The translations under genes were made by a program, and so were the position numbers. Positions 13,801-27,329 of a stretch of DNA of 64,000 nucleotides are shown here, piece after piece (the stretch's first letter is position 1; every line of letters starts with the position of its first letter). The notes beneath the pieces are model-generated. The model did not search any database. It had not been told where the DNA came from and worked only from the letters and a program-made list of their open reading frames with translations. Source of the stretch: Octopus vulgaris (Eukaryota); NCBI GenBank assembly GCA_951406725.2, contig OX597816.1:106144001-106208000 (forward strand), in the 5' to 3' direction.

Positions 13801-16800
13801 TATTATGATAGTAAGATTCTTATTTATCCCGTCATATATTTTATGTACACATATTGTATTGTGTATGTTTAGCAGTTGTTATTTTCATGCTTGACCATTT
13901 TCTTTCTGTTGTTTTTTGAAAATATCAGCTGGAACCCAAACTCAATGAGAAAATTTATTTCATGTTACAGGATTTTGCAATTCAGCTAGTTTTTCAGGAA
14001 CACATTACTCTCATAGTATGGTGATTCCTGTACTTATTTTATTACTCTCTATTCTTTCAAATCACAAAGTTACATACATATCTAACATAGAGACACATGA
14101 TTCAGCACACTGGTTTACACTAGTAAGCATAAGCATGGATATATGAACATACATATAGATATATAATAGACCTTTGCACAGTTTCTATATACCAAATTCT
14201 ACTTACAAGTGGGTTTGAACTCATTATATGATTGCAAAGTTAATCTCTTAACCACATAACCATGTGTATGTATTCACAAATCTCTTATTTATTAGGTTTT
14301 ATGAAAATCATCAATTTATATCTTTGATTCTGCTTCTTATGGTCCATTGATTCTTATTCAGAGTTAGGTGAGCCAGAGGACCATGTATCATTCGTATATT
14401 CTATTTTGGATTGACTTCTATGACTGGATGCTATTCCTAATACCAGCCACTTTATAGAACATACTTGAGGCATTTTATCATGGTACCAGCACTAAATAAT
14501 GTCATGTCCTCAACAAAACTAGAGAATCCTCTTCACCCAACATGCTTCATAAATTGATCCAAGGAAAATTAGGTTAGATTATTAGTTATACAGAAAATGA
14601 GCTTCATTCAGCTTGATTTGAATGTTTTACTTGCAGTTACTGGTTATATGAATGAAAGACACCATAAAAAAGAAAAGGTTCAAATAAGTAGTTGTATTAT
14701 TACTTTAATTAGAAACATACTTTTTTGAAAGATTCAAACATATTTCTGTAGTTTTGTTCAAACTTAAACATATTTCTTTTACAGCTATATATAAATTCAC
14801 AACATCAGCCTCAAAATATCCAGACATTAGTTATGACTTGGTGGCTCATTACTGTGAAAATTCCAATGATTTTGAAGATCTTTTCTCTGTTCTGTTTTCT
14901 ACTGAGAAAAATTGTAAAGACGTGAGTTATATTTTAATTTCTACTTTTTAATTGCCACTTTAAAATTAATTCAAATTTTTTTTTTTTTACTTTCTCAGTG
15001 GTAAGTTTGTTATATTTTCTAAGAAATCTTTCTTGCAATATTTTAAAATTTTCCTTATTTTAACAAGTTTGATGTTATAGTAAGTAATTACTAGCATAAA
15101 GTTAGATAAGTCTGCAGCAAGCACATTACCATTAGGTTGTGGGCTAATCTCTAACCTAGGTTAACACATCATCAGCCCTTGGGTATCTTTAGTAGGTTCA
15201 TTCTATTGCAAGTATTCAGGTCAAGTTTCTCATCTGATGGTAGCTCATTATTTTGGTGCACTGTTTTCTACTGCAACAGCTATATTTCTCATGCCAGACT
15301 TTGAGGCCCTGCAGTAGTCAAGTTCTTTTGGTAATTCTTGTAATATTGTGTGAAGACCAATATCAGGAAATCTAAGTTCAACACTTTCTCTCATAACTTT
15401 CTTGGTTTTCCTCTGCCATAAGTACCTTCCACAGTTAACACATAACACTTAAAAACAAATTTGATATTCATGCATCACAATACTGAAACTGGGATGTCTG
15501 ATCTCTCCTGCTACCTTAGACGTATCAGCTGCCATGGAAGCATGATTTTGATTTGGGGATTACATATAGCAAGATCTACTTTCAGCTCACCTGATTGAGT
15601 AAAGTAAAATAATGTTTTTCAAACAAGATTATAAAGTAGGTTGTTCCTCTAGCAGATACTTTCTTTTCAGTCAGGAAAATGTGTCTGGTCTCTGTTGACC
15701 ACAATAAAGAGTTACACATTACAGTAACCAGTCAAGCTGATGTTTGAATATGCATTACCATCCAAATGTTGATGGCTTGCCAAAAGATTTCAAAGATATT
15801 TTCAAAATATAATGCACAAAAATCTCTAGATGTTAGCTATTCTCTGTCAAAACTTCAGTTAGAAATTACTTATTAGAAGCTTGTAATTCAATTATTATTT
15901 TTTTCTTTTTTCTATCACTGTTTTTAGGCTATTCTTGTCTTTGATGCTCTTCGCCTGATTTTGATTCGAATTGCTAGTGACCTGAACTGCTATCGGAATC
16001 TTGGTAACATGATTGCTCAGAAACTTCTTACTGTACATTTAGAAATGTTGGAAAATGTTTGCAAACTTGGCCATTCTCATGTGACATCAGCCATAAAACT
16101 TTTAACAACCATTGTTGTTTTCAGTGAAACAACTGCAAAATTAGTCATAACTAACTTTCCTTTTGATAAACCTGACTTTGTTAAAAATATATTAAGCAGA
16201 AGAAATAAAGCGGTAAGTCAACTGATTTTCTCTTTATATGTTACATATACAAAATAGTTTTTTTTTTATTGTATTGTTTGTAGTGTTTGCTGAGTAATTC
16301 TTGTCTGAGAAAAAATGTTGTATTTTCAACTGCCCTGTTGAAATATTGTTGAAAGTATTGTTTTTTAGTAATATAATAGCTTAAAAGCAGTACTTCATGT
16401 GGACTTTTAAGCTAGCTCCTGCAGAGGGCTAATTGGGCCTGCGGCCCAAAACTAAGCAGGGAAATATTAATTAAGCATTTATTGGTATCCTACCATCTCA
16501 GATTTATATCACAGGATATCACATTTGAAGAATTTCGTATCACTGTGACATTTGAAGATCACTGTAAAGCAGCAGAGTAAACAGCATTCTATGTTTTACT
16601 ATCTTGTGTGAGTATGAAGAGATTATTGTCGTTTCCAGCTCTGGAACAACCAACATAGAGCTGACCGTGGGAAAAGCATTGATGCATGAAGTCTAGCAAT
16701 TTTCAGTGATTATCCTTGAATTTAAAGGGTATGTCTGCTGGAATCAGTGGAATTCTTGAAATAAGCACATTTTCTCTCTTTCCTTGTCCAGTGAGGATTG

Positions 16801-19800
16801 TTGCCTCCAAAAGATGTGGATTGCATTTGCCTGACAATCAGTCTTGCTCTATTGCACAGCTTTGGGGGATCCAGCTTTTTCAAAAGCATGACTGAAATTC
16901 CTTTCTTCAATGTCAAGGCATACCAGGAGGATCCAAGGAGTTAAGAAACTCAGTATTTATTTTTATAGAGGATATATATATATATATATATATATTTATA
17001 CATATATATTGTGGCTTTGTGTCTGTGTTTTTTTCCCCACCACTGCTTGATAACTGATGTTAGTGTGTTTACATTCCCCTAACTTAGTGGTTCAATAAAA
17101 GAAGTGCAAGGCACAAAAAAAAAAGAAATTGATTTGTTTGATTTAAATTCTTCAAGGAGGTGCTCCAGCGTGGTCACAGTCTGATGACTGAAAAAGATAA
17201 AAGAACAAACCACTAAGTTCCTTAGTAAAACCCTAAGCTAAGGGAAGTAACTCTTGTTCACCTATCTCAGTAATGCAGTGGCCCTGAAACGTCTTGTGGT
17301 TGCTTTACCTGCTAGAAATACCAACCCAAATGCTTTTAAATCAGATCCTAATGTTGGATGTTTAAGAACCAAATAAAGGGCAGATTTTCAACCCCAGGAT
17401 CATCCTGATTCCAAGAAAGGTTTAATATGTGTATGTTTAGCAAATGTAGACTGAGATAGAAGAGTCCCGGACAGACAGAATTTCACTTTTATTAATATAG
17501 ATTTGTAGTCATTAAGCTTTACAATGTAACTAAATTATTTATCATCATCATTTGATGTCCATGTTCCTAGCTGGCATGAGTTAAATGGTTTGACAGAAAC
17601 CTATGTGTCTAAGGAATGCATTGTGCTCCATTGCTTTGGTTTGGTTTTTACTGTTGGGTGTCCTTCCTAATGCCAATCACTTTACAGTGTGGACTAAGTG
17701 CTTTTTTTTCTGTGCCACCTGCACTTTTGAGGTTACTGTGCAATTTGCAGGACTACAAGCCCTAAGGGAGGTGGGTGAGGTCAGCATCATGCTAGGGTAT
17801 GAAGGTAATTACTATGAGAAAGTGAGGTAGAGCAGGTTCCTGCAAAGGGATTCACATGGATGCTCACATCTAGTATAGAAAGAAAACAAATTTGTTAAAG
17901 ATAGATTTAGAGGAAATATAATACTTGATATCTTTGGAAATAACCTTAGCATGTGATAAAGGCATGATGTATGATTGTCAGTTATTGTACTCTGTACTTT
18001 GATGGGGCATATGACTGTTTTCAATTGTTTGTCAAACAGACAAATCCTACTCCAACTCTACAGTTGTGTTGTTGTATAGTCACACCCTACTGTCTTAGAA
18101 ATAGCATCATATGTTGGGTAATGTTGTCTAAGATGTACTATGTCTGAATAAAAGATGAGATGGTCATGATTAGAATGCCTTTGAATATAGGTTTGCTCAA
18201 TAAAAATTGACCTGCAGTTAAACAAAACTTATCCATCTGTCTAACGTACTGTATATAAATACATGACAGTTATGACAATGAGGGTGCCACTTGATCCAAT
18301 TAATGTGCAAGTGGCTGAGCACTCTACAGACACATGTACCCTTAAAGGAGATCAGTGTAACACAGAATGTGACAAGACAGGCCCTTTAAATTACAGTTAC
18401 AATTCATTTTTGCCAGCTGACTTGACTGGAGCAATTTGAAATAAAGTGCCTTGCTCAAAGACACAACATGCCACCAGGAATTGAATTCATGACCTTAAAT
18501 GGATCTCCAAAGTTTTGAAAACTATTGTTTAGAAATTAGATGCCAGCATTTGATGAAAGAGAGGCAACTTTAAAGTTTATTATGAAAAGAATATAGGGAA
18601 ATGAAGCAGCATATATTAAAGAAAAATATATGTAACGTACCCCAGAATAAGTAAGTTAAACCATCCATGACCATATTTCTAGCACTTCCTGTGTTTTAAT
18701 AAATTCAAATTTTAGTAAAATGACTTCATTTATTGTTAAAATAAACTGTCGTTTGAAATAAATGATTCTTTCATACAAATATGATTTGGAGGATCAACAA
18801 AGTAAAGTACCAGTCATGTACTAGAGTTGATTTGATTAACCAACTATTGCTTTTTTCCAAACTTTTAGCCTTGCTCCTTTCCATCCAGAAAAGGTAGTTG
18901 TTATTAACTACATTTTTGTCTTGTTTTCTTTTCTAGGTTGATGAAGATGCACGTACCTGTTTTTTCCATTTTATATCCTCATTTTTGGTTACCAGGAGTG
19001 ATGCTGTTATCAGTGAACTAATTACTAAACACCAAAGTATTTCCATTTATATTTCACATTCAAAAAATTCAAGAAGATTTTTTTTCCTTTGTTTAATAAT
19101 AATAGCAAAATAGAATCTTTCACCAAAACTTAAAATCCAAAGAGCTTTAACGCCGAGTTTTAAAAACTCACTCAGTTGCAATGTTATATATACCTGTAAA
19201 TATATACTCAGTTGCATGTTATATATACCTGTAAATGTCTCCTGAGTCTTATAGCTTTACTCCTAAGAAATCTGGTACTTATACCCAACAGCTAAGTGAA
19301 TTGCAAAGAAAGTGTTCTGCCCAGAATCAATGAAACAAATGCATTAGGCCATATCTCTAGTCCCAAGATAACTTCTTCCATTCTTCCTATTCATCTTAGA
19401 GACCCTGTATAGGGTTGCTGGTGCTGTTCTTCTCTTTATCATTAAAAAAAATAGTATATAAAATTTCATTATTACAGATGTTATCATCTGTGTTACACTG
19501 AATGATTAGAGCTTCAAACAAAATGTCATGCAGTATTTGTTCTGACTCTTAACATCTCGACTTCAAATCCCACGAAGGTCGACTGTACCTTTTATTCTCT
19601 GAGATAAGTTAAATAAATTACCAGTCAAATACTGGCATCAATTGGATTAACCCTTCCCTAGAATTTCAGGCTTTGTGCTTATATTGGAAATGATGATAAT
19701 CAATATCACAAATTTATCCAAAAATTATATTTCAATTTTACTTTTTTAGCAATTGTGAAACTGATGTTTGAAGAAATGGCAGTAGACAAGGCATCTTCAC

Positions 19801-22800
19801 TTAAAATTTTTCTGCCCCTTGTTTTAGAAAAGGTAAGTGAAATTAACATTTTAATCACATTCCTCATAAAACCAAACTGAGTTTAGTAACTTTAATTCAA
19901 TTTGAAAGAGTTTGATAAAAGTTACTGCATAACCTACAAAGGGGTGCTGAAAAGTTCCTGGCTTTGAGGGTATCACAAAAGGCCTGGTTGAAGGCCCAAC
20001 CTTCTGAGTTCTTTTACAGAGCTTAGGAAAACTGAACTGCCACTGCAATAAGTGTGTGAATCTAATCATAATTAACTGATCCTCCTGTATTTGCTTTTAC
20101 CCAAAGCCAAGAACTTTTCAGCACCTCCTTGTATACTACATTAAATGTTTGGGGTCCATCAATAATAGAATATAATTGGAGTATAATCTAATCTAATCTT
20201 ATTTATTGTTTTTAAATAATGAGGGGTTAATGGTGCTGAACTGCTAAACACATCATCAATGGTTCAGATTTTGCTAGGCTTAATGTTGAAATCCTTTGCA
20301 AGTTGTGTGACTGCCTGGGTGAGTAAAAAATTTCTTAAAATACCTAGCTTTTTGGTTTGTAGTGGCATCCACCTTAAAAAAAGAGAACAAAAATAATCTT
20401 ACCTCTCTGATGCAGTGGTTGTGTGTGTGCACTCTTAGTTGGAAGAGATTGCTATTTACTATCCCTTTTGAACTACATTCAGTTTAAATCAGACAGCAAG
20501 ACTTCCTCTGTGTCAACAGATCTTAACCTGAACGATTTCATCCTCTTGACAGACTTTATGGGTATGCTATGGTGGGGTGCTGAATGTTCAGAAGGGGAAT
20601 GTCATGAATCTTCTTAGAAATATTTAAATCAGGTGAACTGGCAGAAATGTTAGCACGCTGGGTGAAGTGCTTAGCGGCATTTCGTCTGCCGTTACATTCT
20701 GAGTTCAAATTCCGCCGAGGTCGACTTTGCCTTTCATCCTTTCTGGGTCGATAAATTAAGTATCAGTTACACACTGGGGTCGATGTAATAGACTTAATGC
20801 CTTTTTCTGTCCTTGTTTGTTCCTTCTATGTTTAGCCCCGTGTGGGCAATAAAGAAATAAGAAATATTTAAACCAGGTGCAATGCTTATATTTTAAACAC
20901 CTTTTCAAAAAACAAATTTGTTAGGATTAGAATATGAGTCAGACATTTTGTTATCAGTGTGCTGAACACATGATTGATGATACATAAAGTTCCAATATAA
21001 ATTCATTACATAAGTCCTCATAGTAATTTCCATGAAAATTTAACTTAGGGGACTAATCCATGCATACACATACATGTTTTCATAAATACCCATGGTAAAT
21101 ATCATACTACCAGTCATATCTACTGTGTCATTGTTGTTAAAAGATATGGATAAAAAATAGCTACAAGCTCTTTTTTCCAGATCTTCTAACAATTCTTTCT
21201 TGATTTTGTTTAATTACAGATTGTCAAAAATGATGTAATTGGTAAAGGTCCCAAGGTGAAAATATTTAAATTTCATGAATTAACTGGATTGGTTACGTTA
21301 TACAATTGGATTGGTCCTGAACACTGGAAAAAAGTAGTGTTACAGAGAGTTAAAGTAAGCATAATTATTGTTTTGATATATGTTGATTTCTTTAAAACTT
21401 ATTGTTTGGTTTATAAGTGCATGTTAAGTGCTAAATGATTTCTGGAGATTGTTTGGATGTATCAGTTGTACAAGAGAAATTAACAATATAAGAAATTCAG
21501 CTACTTGGAGAGTTTGCTGGAAGTAGTGGATAAGCTCTGTTACATAAAAGATATAATTCATGCTGGAGGTGAAATTTGCAGTAGCATGGGGACTAGTTAT
21601 CAATATCTTAAAAACTATTTTGTCTTGCTATAATTGTCTAATATGAAATAGGTATGATTTTGTATTGTAGTAAATGCATACAGAAGATCTAAGGTGATTT
21701 GTAGAAAAACGAATTATTACCTGTTGGATATGCACTGTTTTATTTACAAAACAAGCTGATGTTAAATAAGTTGAGAAAATAGCTATACAGAAGAAATGTT
21801 TTCTTGCATGCTCATATTATTTGAATAGATACTCAATACTAAACAATAAAATGCTATGACTTGATAGTGAACCTAAGATTGCAAGGTGTTTGTTTTAGAC
21901 AAATCTACAATGTCCCTTTCCATCTCTGCAATTTATCTCAGCTAAAAAATCCAATAATTTTCAGGTTGGGTTTTACTTTTTCTTACATTTATCAGTCTAT
22001 ATCTATCATAAGTATCTTTTAACATCAACCAACTCTTGGCATTTTTTTTTTTTATTTTCAAAACTACTGCAAGTATTTCTTTTTACTAGTAATTCTCTTT
22101 TATTCCAGGACACTTATCTTCATTTATCTTTGGTTTTATACATATGAAAAAAGAAAATTGTTATAAATTTTAATATAGAAGTATAAAATTAGAAAGAAAT
22201 GGTTAAAATTTGAACTGAATTATATTGCTGTGTTTAATTTTCTCTCTTTAGGTTCAATTTTGTTTTCATTCCTGTCATATTTATAAAAAATTAATATTGG
22301 AGTCAGTTAAGACATCTTTTCTTTTCTACGAAATCTCATTGTACCAAAGGTTTTCAGTAATGACATTACTTATTTTCATGGATGTCTTTTGCAGGTGAAA
22401 AAATGTGATAGTCCTGAAGAGCTTGATATAGTGCGAAAATGTACACATGAACTTCTCCTTGAACTTTTGACCTCTCCCCGTAATGGCATTATATTCTTTA
22501 ATAAATCCTTTAGACTGTAAGTGAATGTTTCTTTTCAATATTATCACTCCCTCTTTAATGAGTTGTTTCAAGATAAATATCATGACAAAAATTTCTTTAA
22601 TTATAGTGTTTCGTAGAGCAGGATAACCTATTCTGATCTGCAATTTTGAAAACTGAGTTTTACATCTGTTTCTCCTTGCTTGCAAAAGTGTGATGACCTA
22701 TTTGTTGGGACTTTTGTTTTTAGAGCTTGATAAAATACCTACACATCTATTGTTCATGAAAGCGGAGTAGAAGCCTTTCTTTTCTTTTTTTTTTTTAGTT

Positions 22801-25800
22801 GGGAAAACTGGAGTAAGCAAAATTAGGGGTGTAGTACTATGTATGAGAAGTGTTCATTAAAGATCTCCCCTGACCCACTTCCAGTTATTACAGGAAACAG
22901 AACTTGTGTAGGTGTAATCATACATGTCTCTACATATCACATTGTAAATTGCAGTTTTCCACTATTATTCATTTGTCTTTTATGGTTGCTGAAGTGGACT
23001 AAGGTATTAATGGAAGCAGTTGAATACAGATCAGTGATCAAGTTCTTATACTCGAAAGGACATACACCAAAAGAGACTTTCAGTGAGATGAAAGAAGTTT
23101 ATAGTTACGATACACCATCATACAGCATAGTCAAGCACTAGCATCGCCAGTTCAAATGTGGTCAGACATCAATAGAAATTGCTCCTATACCTGGACGACC
23201 ACATTCTGCCATTGATGATAACACCATCCATAAAGTAGAAGCCGCCATTTTGGAGGATTGCCACATAACTATTCAGCAACTAACCTGAGAAGTTAAGGTG
23301 AGGGTCCATGGAAAAAAAGTCATTCACGACTATTTGCACATGTGGAAGTTGTCTGCACAATGGATTCCCCCAGATGCTCACAACTTTTCAAAAGCAGGAA
23401 CAAGTCAGTTGCTCCCAGGCTCTTCTGGCAATGTGCCAAGAAAACAAGGACATTTTCAGCAAACTTATCACACAAGATGAAACATAGGTCCATCACAATG
23501 ATCCTGAGACTAAAGTCCAATCGAAGCAATGGAAGCATGATAACTCACTACCTCCAAAGAAGGCTCATGTCTGACCCTCAGCAGGCAAGGTGATGCTCAG
23601 TCTTTTGGGACCAGCAAGGAGTAGTGATAATGGATTTTCTGGCAAAAGGCACCACAATTCACAAGGCATAATATGCTTCTCTACTGCAGAAGTTGCAGGG
23701 CGCCATCAAAGCAGAGAGGCGTGGCATGCTGACCAAAGAATCCTGCCTCCTCCAAACAAGACTCCAGTTCACTATGTGCATGTTGCCAAGATGAAAGCAC
23801 ACTCCTGCAACTATGAAATCCTTCCTCATCCCCCTTATTCTCCTGACTGCCACCTCTTTCCAACCACATGATGAACTTATTTCCAAAGTAAAATCTTAGC
23901 TCTAGACACAACCTACCAACTTCTACAGATGGAAGTCTTCACAGCTGCATAAAGCGATGGGAGTAGTGTTAACAAAGGTGATGGCTTTGTAGAGAAGGAC
24001 TTATAGTTATGCCAAGTTTCTTTAATCTCAGTCCTTGCGGCTTTCTATACTTCTTTTATTTTTCAAAATTAAGATAAACACAGTTCTTTTTTTAATCTAA
24101 AATATACTCTCCTTCATTTTCTACAATGCTCTTCCATCTATCTGGTAGACTTGCAAGGCCCCTCTTCCAAAATTCACTTGTGCTTGACAAAAAATGCTTC
24201 TCCACTACTGCTCTGACCTCGTCTACGGAATTCATTTTTTTGGCATCCAAATGATTTTGAAGACTGTAGAATAAATGGTAATCAGATGGGACAATGTCCA
24301 GCAAATTTGGCGGCTGGGGCATTGTTTCCCATTTAAATTGCTCCAGCCTTTGGAATGTCATCCTCACTGTATGTGGCCAAGCATTATCCTTATGGAAGAA
24401 CACCTTTCGTCATCATCATCATCATCTTCGTTTAATGTCCGCTTTCCATGCTAGCATGGGTTGGACGATTTGACTGAGGTATGGCAAACCAGATGGCTGC
24501 ACCAGACTCCAATCTGATCTGGCAGAGTTTCTACAGCTGAATGCCTTTCCTAACGCCAACCACTCCGAGAGTGTAATGGGTACTTTTACGTGCCACCAGC
24601 ACAAGGGCCAGTCAGGCGGTACAAACAAAAGATTTTTTTTTTTTCCTAGTGCTGACTTAAGCCACTAAAGCTGCTCACAGTAGATCTCCTTTGTTATTTG
24701 GTTTAAAAGTTTAAAGTGGACTAAACCTTTCATATCCCACCAAACAGTTAACATCACCTTACGTGGGTGAAGACCTTCTTCAACATGGGTTGTCAGTGTT
24801 TCTCCTCTCCCTACCCACCATCTTTGGCACTTGACATTTTTATAGAGAACCCATTTCTCGTCACCAGTCATTATTCAGTCCAAAAAAGGTTCATTCATGA
24901 GAGCACATATTCACTCTCAAAAAGCAATTAGACTTGGAAAGTTTGTGAGGAACCCATTGACCTAATGTAGTAACTTTTCTGATGGCATGCAGGTGTCGAT
25001 GAATGGTTGAATGACCAAATCCAAGCTTCTCTGCTAGTTCCTAAACAGTTATGATGAGATTTTGTTCCCCACAAGGTTTGCAGGATGTCCTCATTGAGCT
25101 CTACAGATCTTCCAGGAAGAGGCTTATCTTCTGAGCTTGTAGTTTCCAGCTTGGAATTTCTGAAACCACTGACAATGGCTTACACTTATTGTCCGATTCT
25201 CATATACTTGCATTAATATTCTTCATACTTTCCATTACATTGTTGCCTTTATTGAACTCACAAAGCAAACTATGCCAAATATGCTTCTTTGTCACTTCTG
25301 TTACCTAGGTGACCAAGTCAGTAGCAAGGTGTATGCTCTGATCGTGTAGCTGCTAGAATAAGAATAGCCTAGGCAAAATTCAGAGAGCTCGTAGTTCTGC
25401 TGGTAACAAAGGGCCTCTTCCTCAGTAGAAGGTAGACTGTATGAACAGCCATGTTACATAGCAGTGAAACATGGGCTGTGACTGCTGAGGACATGCATAG
25501 GGTTGAAAGAAATGAAGCTAGTATGCACTGCTGGATGTGTTCTGTCAGTATGCATACATGGCATAATGTAAGTACCCTGAGAGAAAAGGTGGACATAAGA
25601 AGCATCAGATGTGGTGTGCAAGAAACGACTGCGCTGGTATGGTCATGTGATGCATATGGATGAGGACAGCTGTGTGAAGAAGTATCACACCCTAGCAGTA
25701 GAGGGAATCTGTGAAAGAGGTAGACCCAAGAAGACTTGTGATGAGGTGGTGAAGCATGACCTTCAAACGTTGTGCCTCACAGAGGCAATAATAAACGACT

Positions 25801-27286
25801 GAAACCTTTGGAAATATACTGTGCTTGAGAAGACACAGCAAGACAAGTGAGCTGTAGTTGTGGCTGATGGCAGTGTCGCATAACTGGCTCATTTAAAAGC
25901 ATCCATCAATCGTTGGGCAATAGGCCATGCTTGTGAAGAAAGACCTGTTGAACCGAGTGAAATCGTCATGACCAATGCCAGTGCCGCCTGACTGGCACCC
26001 ATGCTGGTAGCATGTAAAAGCACCATTCGAGCTTTGTCGATGCCAGTGTCACCTGACTGGCACCCATGCCAGTGGCACATATAATGCACCATTCGATCGT
26101 GGCTGACGCCACTACACTCTCAGAGTGGTTGGTGTTAATAAGAGCATCCAGCTGTAGAAGCCTTGCCAAATCAGACTGGAGCCTAGTGCAGCCTCCTGGC
26201 TTGCCAGTTCTCAGTCAGACTGTCCAACCCATACCAGCATTGGAAGTGGACATTAAATGACATCAATGATAATGATTATAGTTTTGAAAAAATAACTGTT
26301 AAAATCGAACTGCTCTCTCCCAAACTTGCACTAAGAATAAGGACAAGGTGAAATTACTATCTGCTTTTATAGCAAGTTGATGCATGTAGTTTATCTCATC
26401 CCTCTCTGACTTTTAGTTCATGCAATTGCAATAACTGCATTATTTATGGGATGAACCAACATATACAGGGTGCGATGGGTAAATTGTCACCATTTTATAT
26501 TTTTAATTTCACGCATGTGCATTGCTTGTTTTTGATTTTGTCGATTATACAGTATAGTAGAGTCAGTTGGGCACAACCTGTGAGAAAAACAGCACTATGA
26601 TGTAATTCACTCTGCCAGAAATTTGGAAACGACATACTGTACTGCTTGGAATTCATGCTGGAAACTCTAATACAAACATTTCAGAGTGTTTGGGTGTCAA
26701 TCTGAGGACATGTACCAAGAGTGATAAAAATCAAACATCCAGTCAACATCATGGTGTTTGGAGTGATCACTAGTGATGATAACTTTATGTCTCCATTCAT
26801 CTTCCCACACGGCCTCAGATTTGACATGGAGACTTACATCAAGTGCCTGGAAGAGGTAGTGCTGTCCTGGGTCAAGCGGGTGGCTGCTGGAAGACCCTGT
26901 GTCTGGCAACAGGACTCTGAACCATGCCTCAGAAGCAGGAGAACCCAATCATGGCTGTCAGACATTTTCTACAACCACATCACCCCCAACATCTGGCCAC
27001 CTAACTCCCTAGACTGCAACCCCCTTGATTATTATGTGTGTAACACCAAAAATGAACTGAAGGCAAGGATTACGGCAGCATTCACCAACTTAAACAAGGT
27101 GACCATCCAGAAGAGTTGCAGGAGATTCCGAAGTTGTCTGGAGGCTATGGTTGAAGCCAATGGTGATTTTATTGAATGAATTTACTGTTTAGTATTTCAA
27201 GATATTTTTATGTAATTTTGATAAATATATCTGTTAAAATGAGATCTCAATGTTATTTTCATTTTTGCATAATTTAGATGACCCTG

Positions 27287-27329
<43 letters not shown>

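Larger units (their letters stand above)
24040..26462 (-). mobile_element. Degenerate mariner (DD34D) transposon with nested insertions
   Basis: [42 protein letters not shown]. The 5' leader and TIR-like sequence continue at 26278-26462, beyond the RTE insertion. Confidence 0.85.

Noticed and set aside
22326-22685. 119-aa minus-strand ORF
   Set aside because: It is the antisense shadow of URB1 exon 7.
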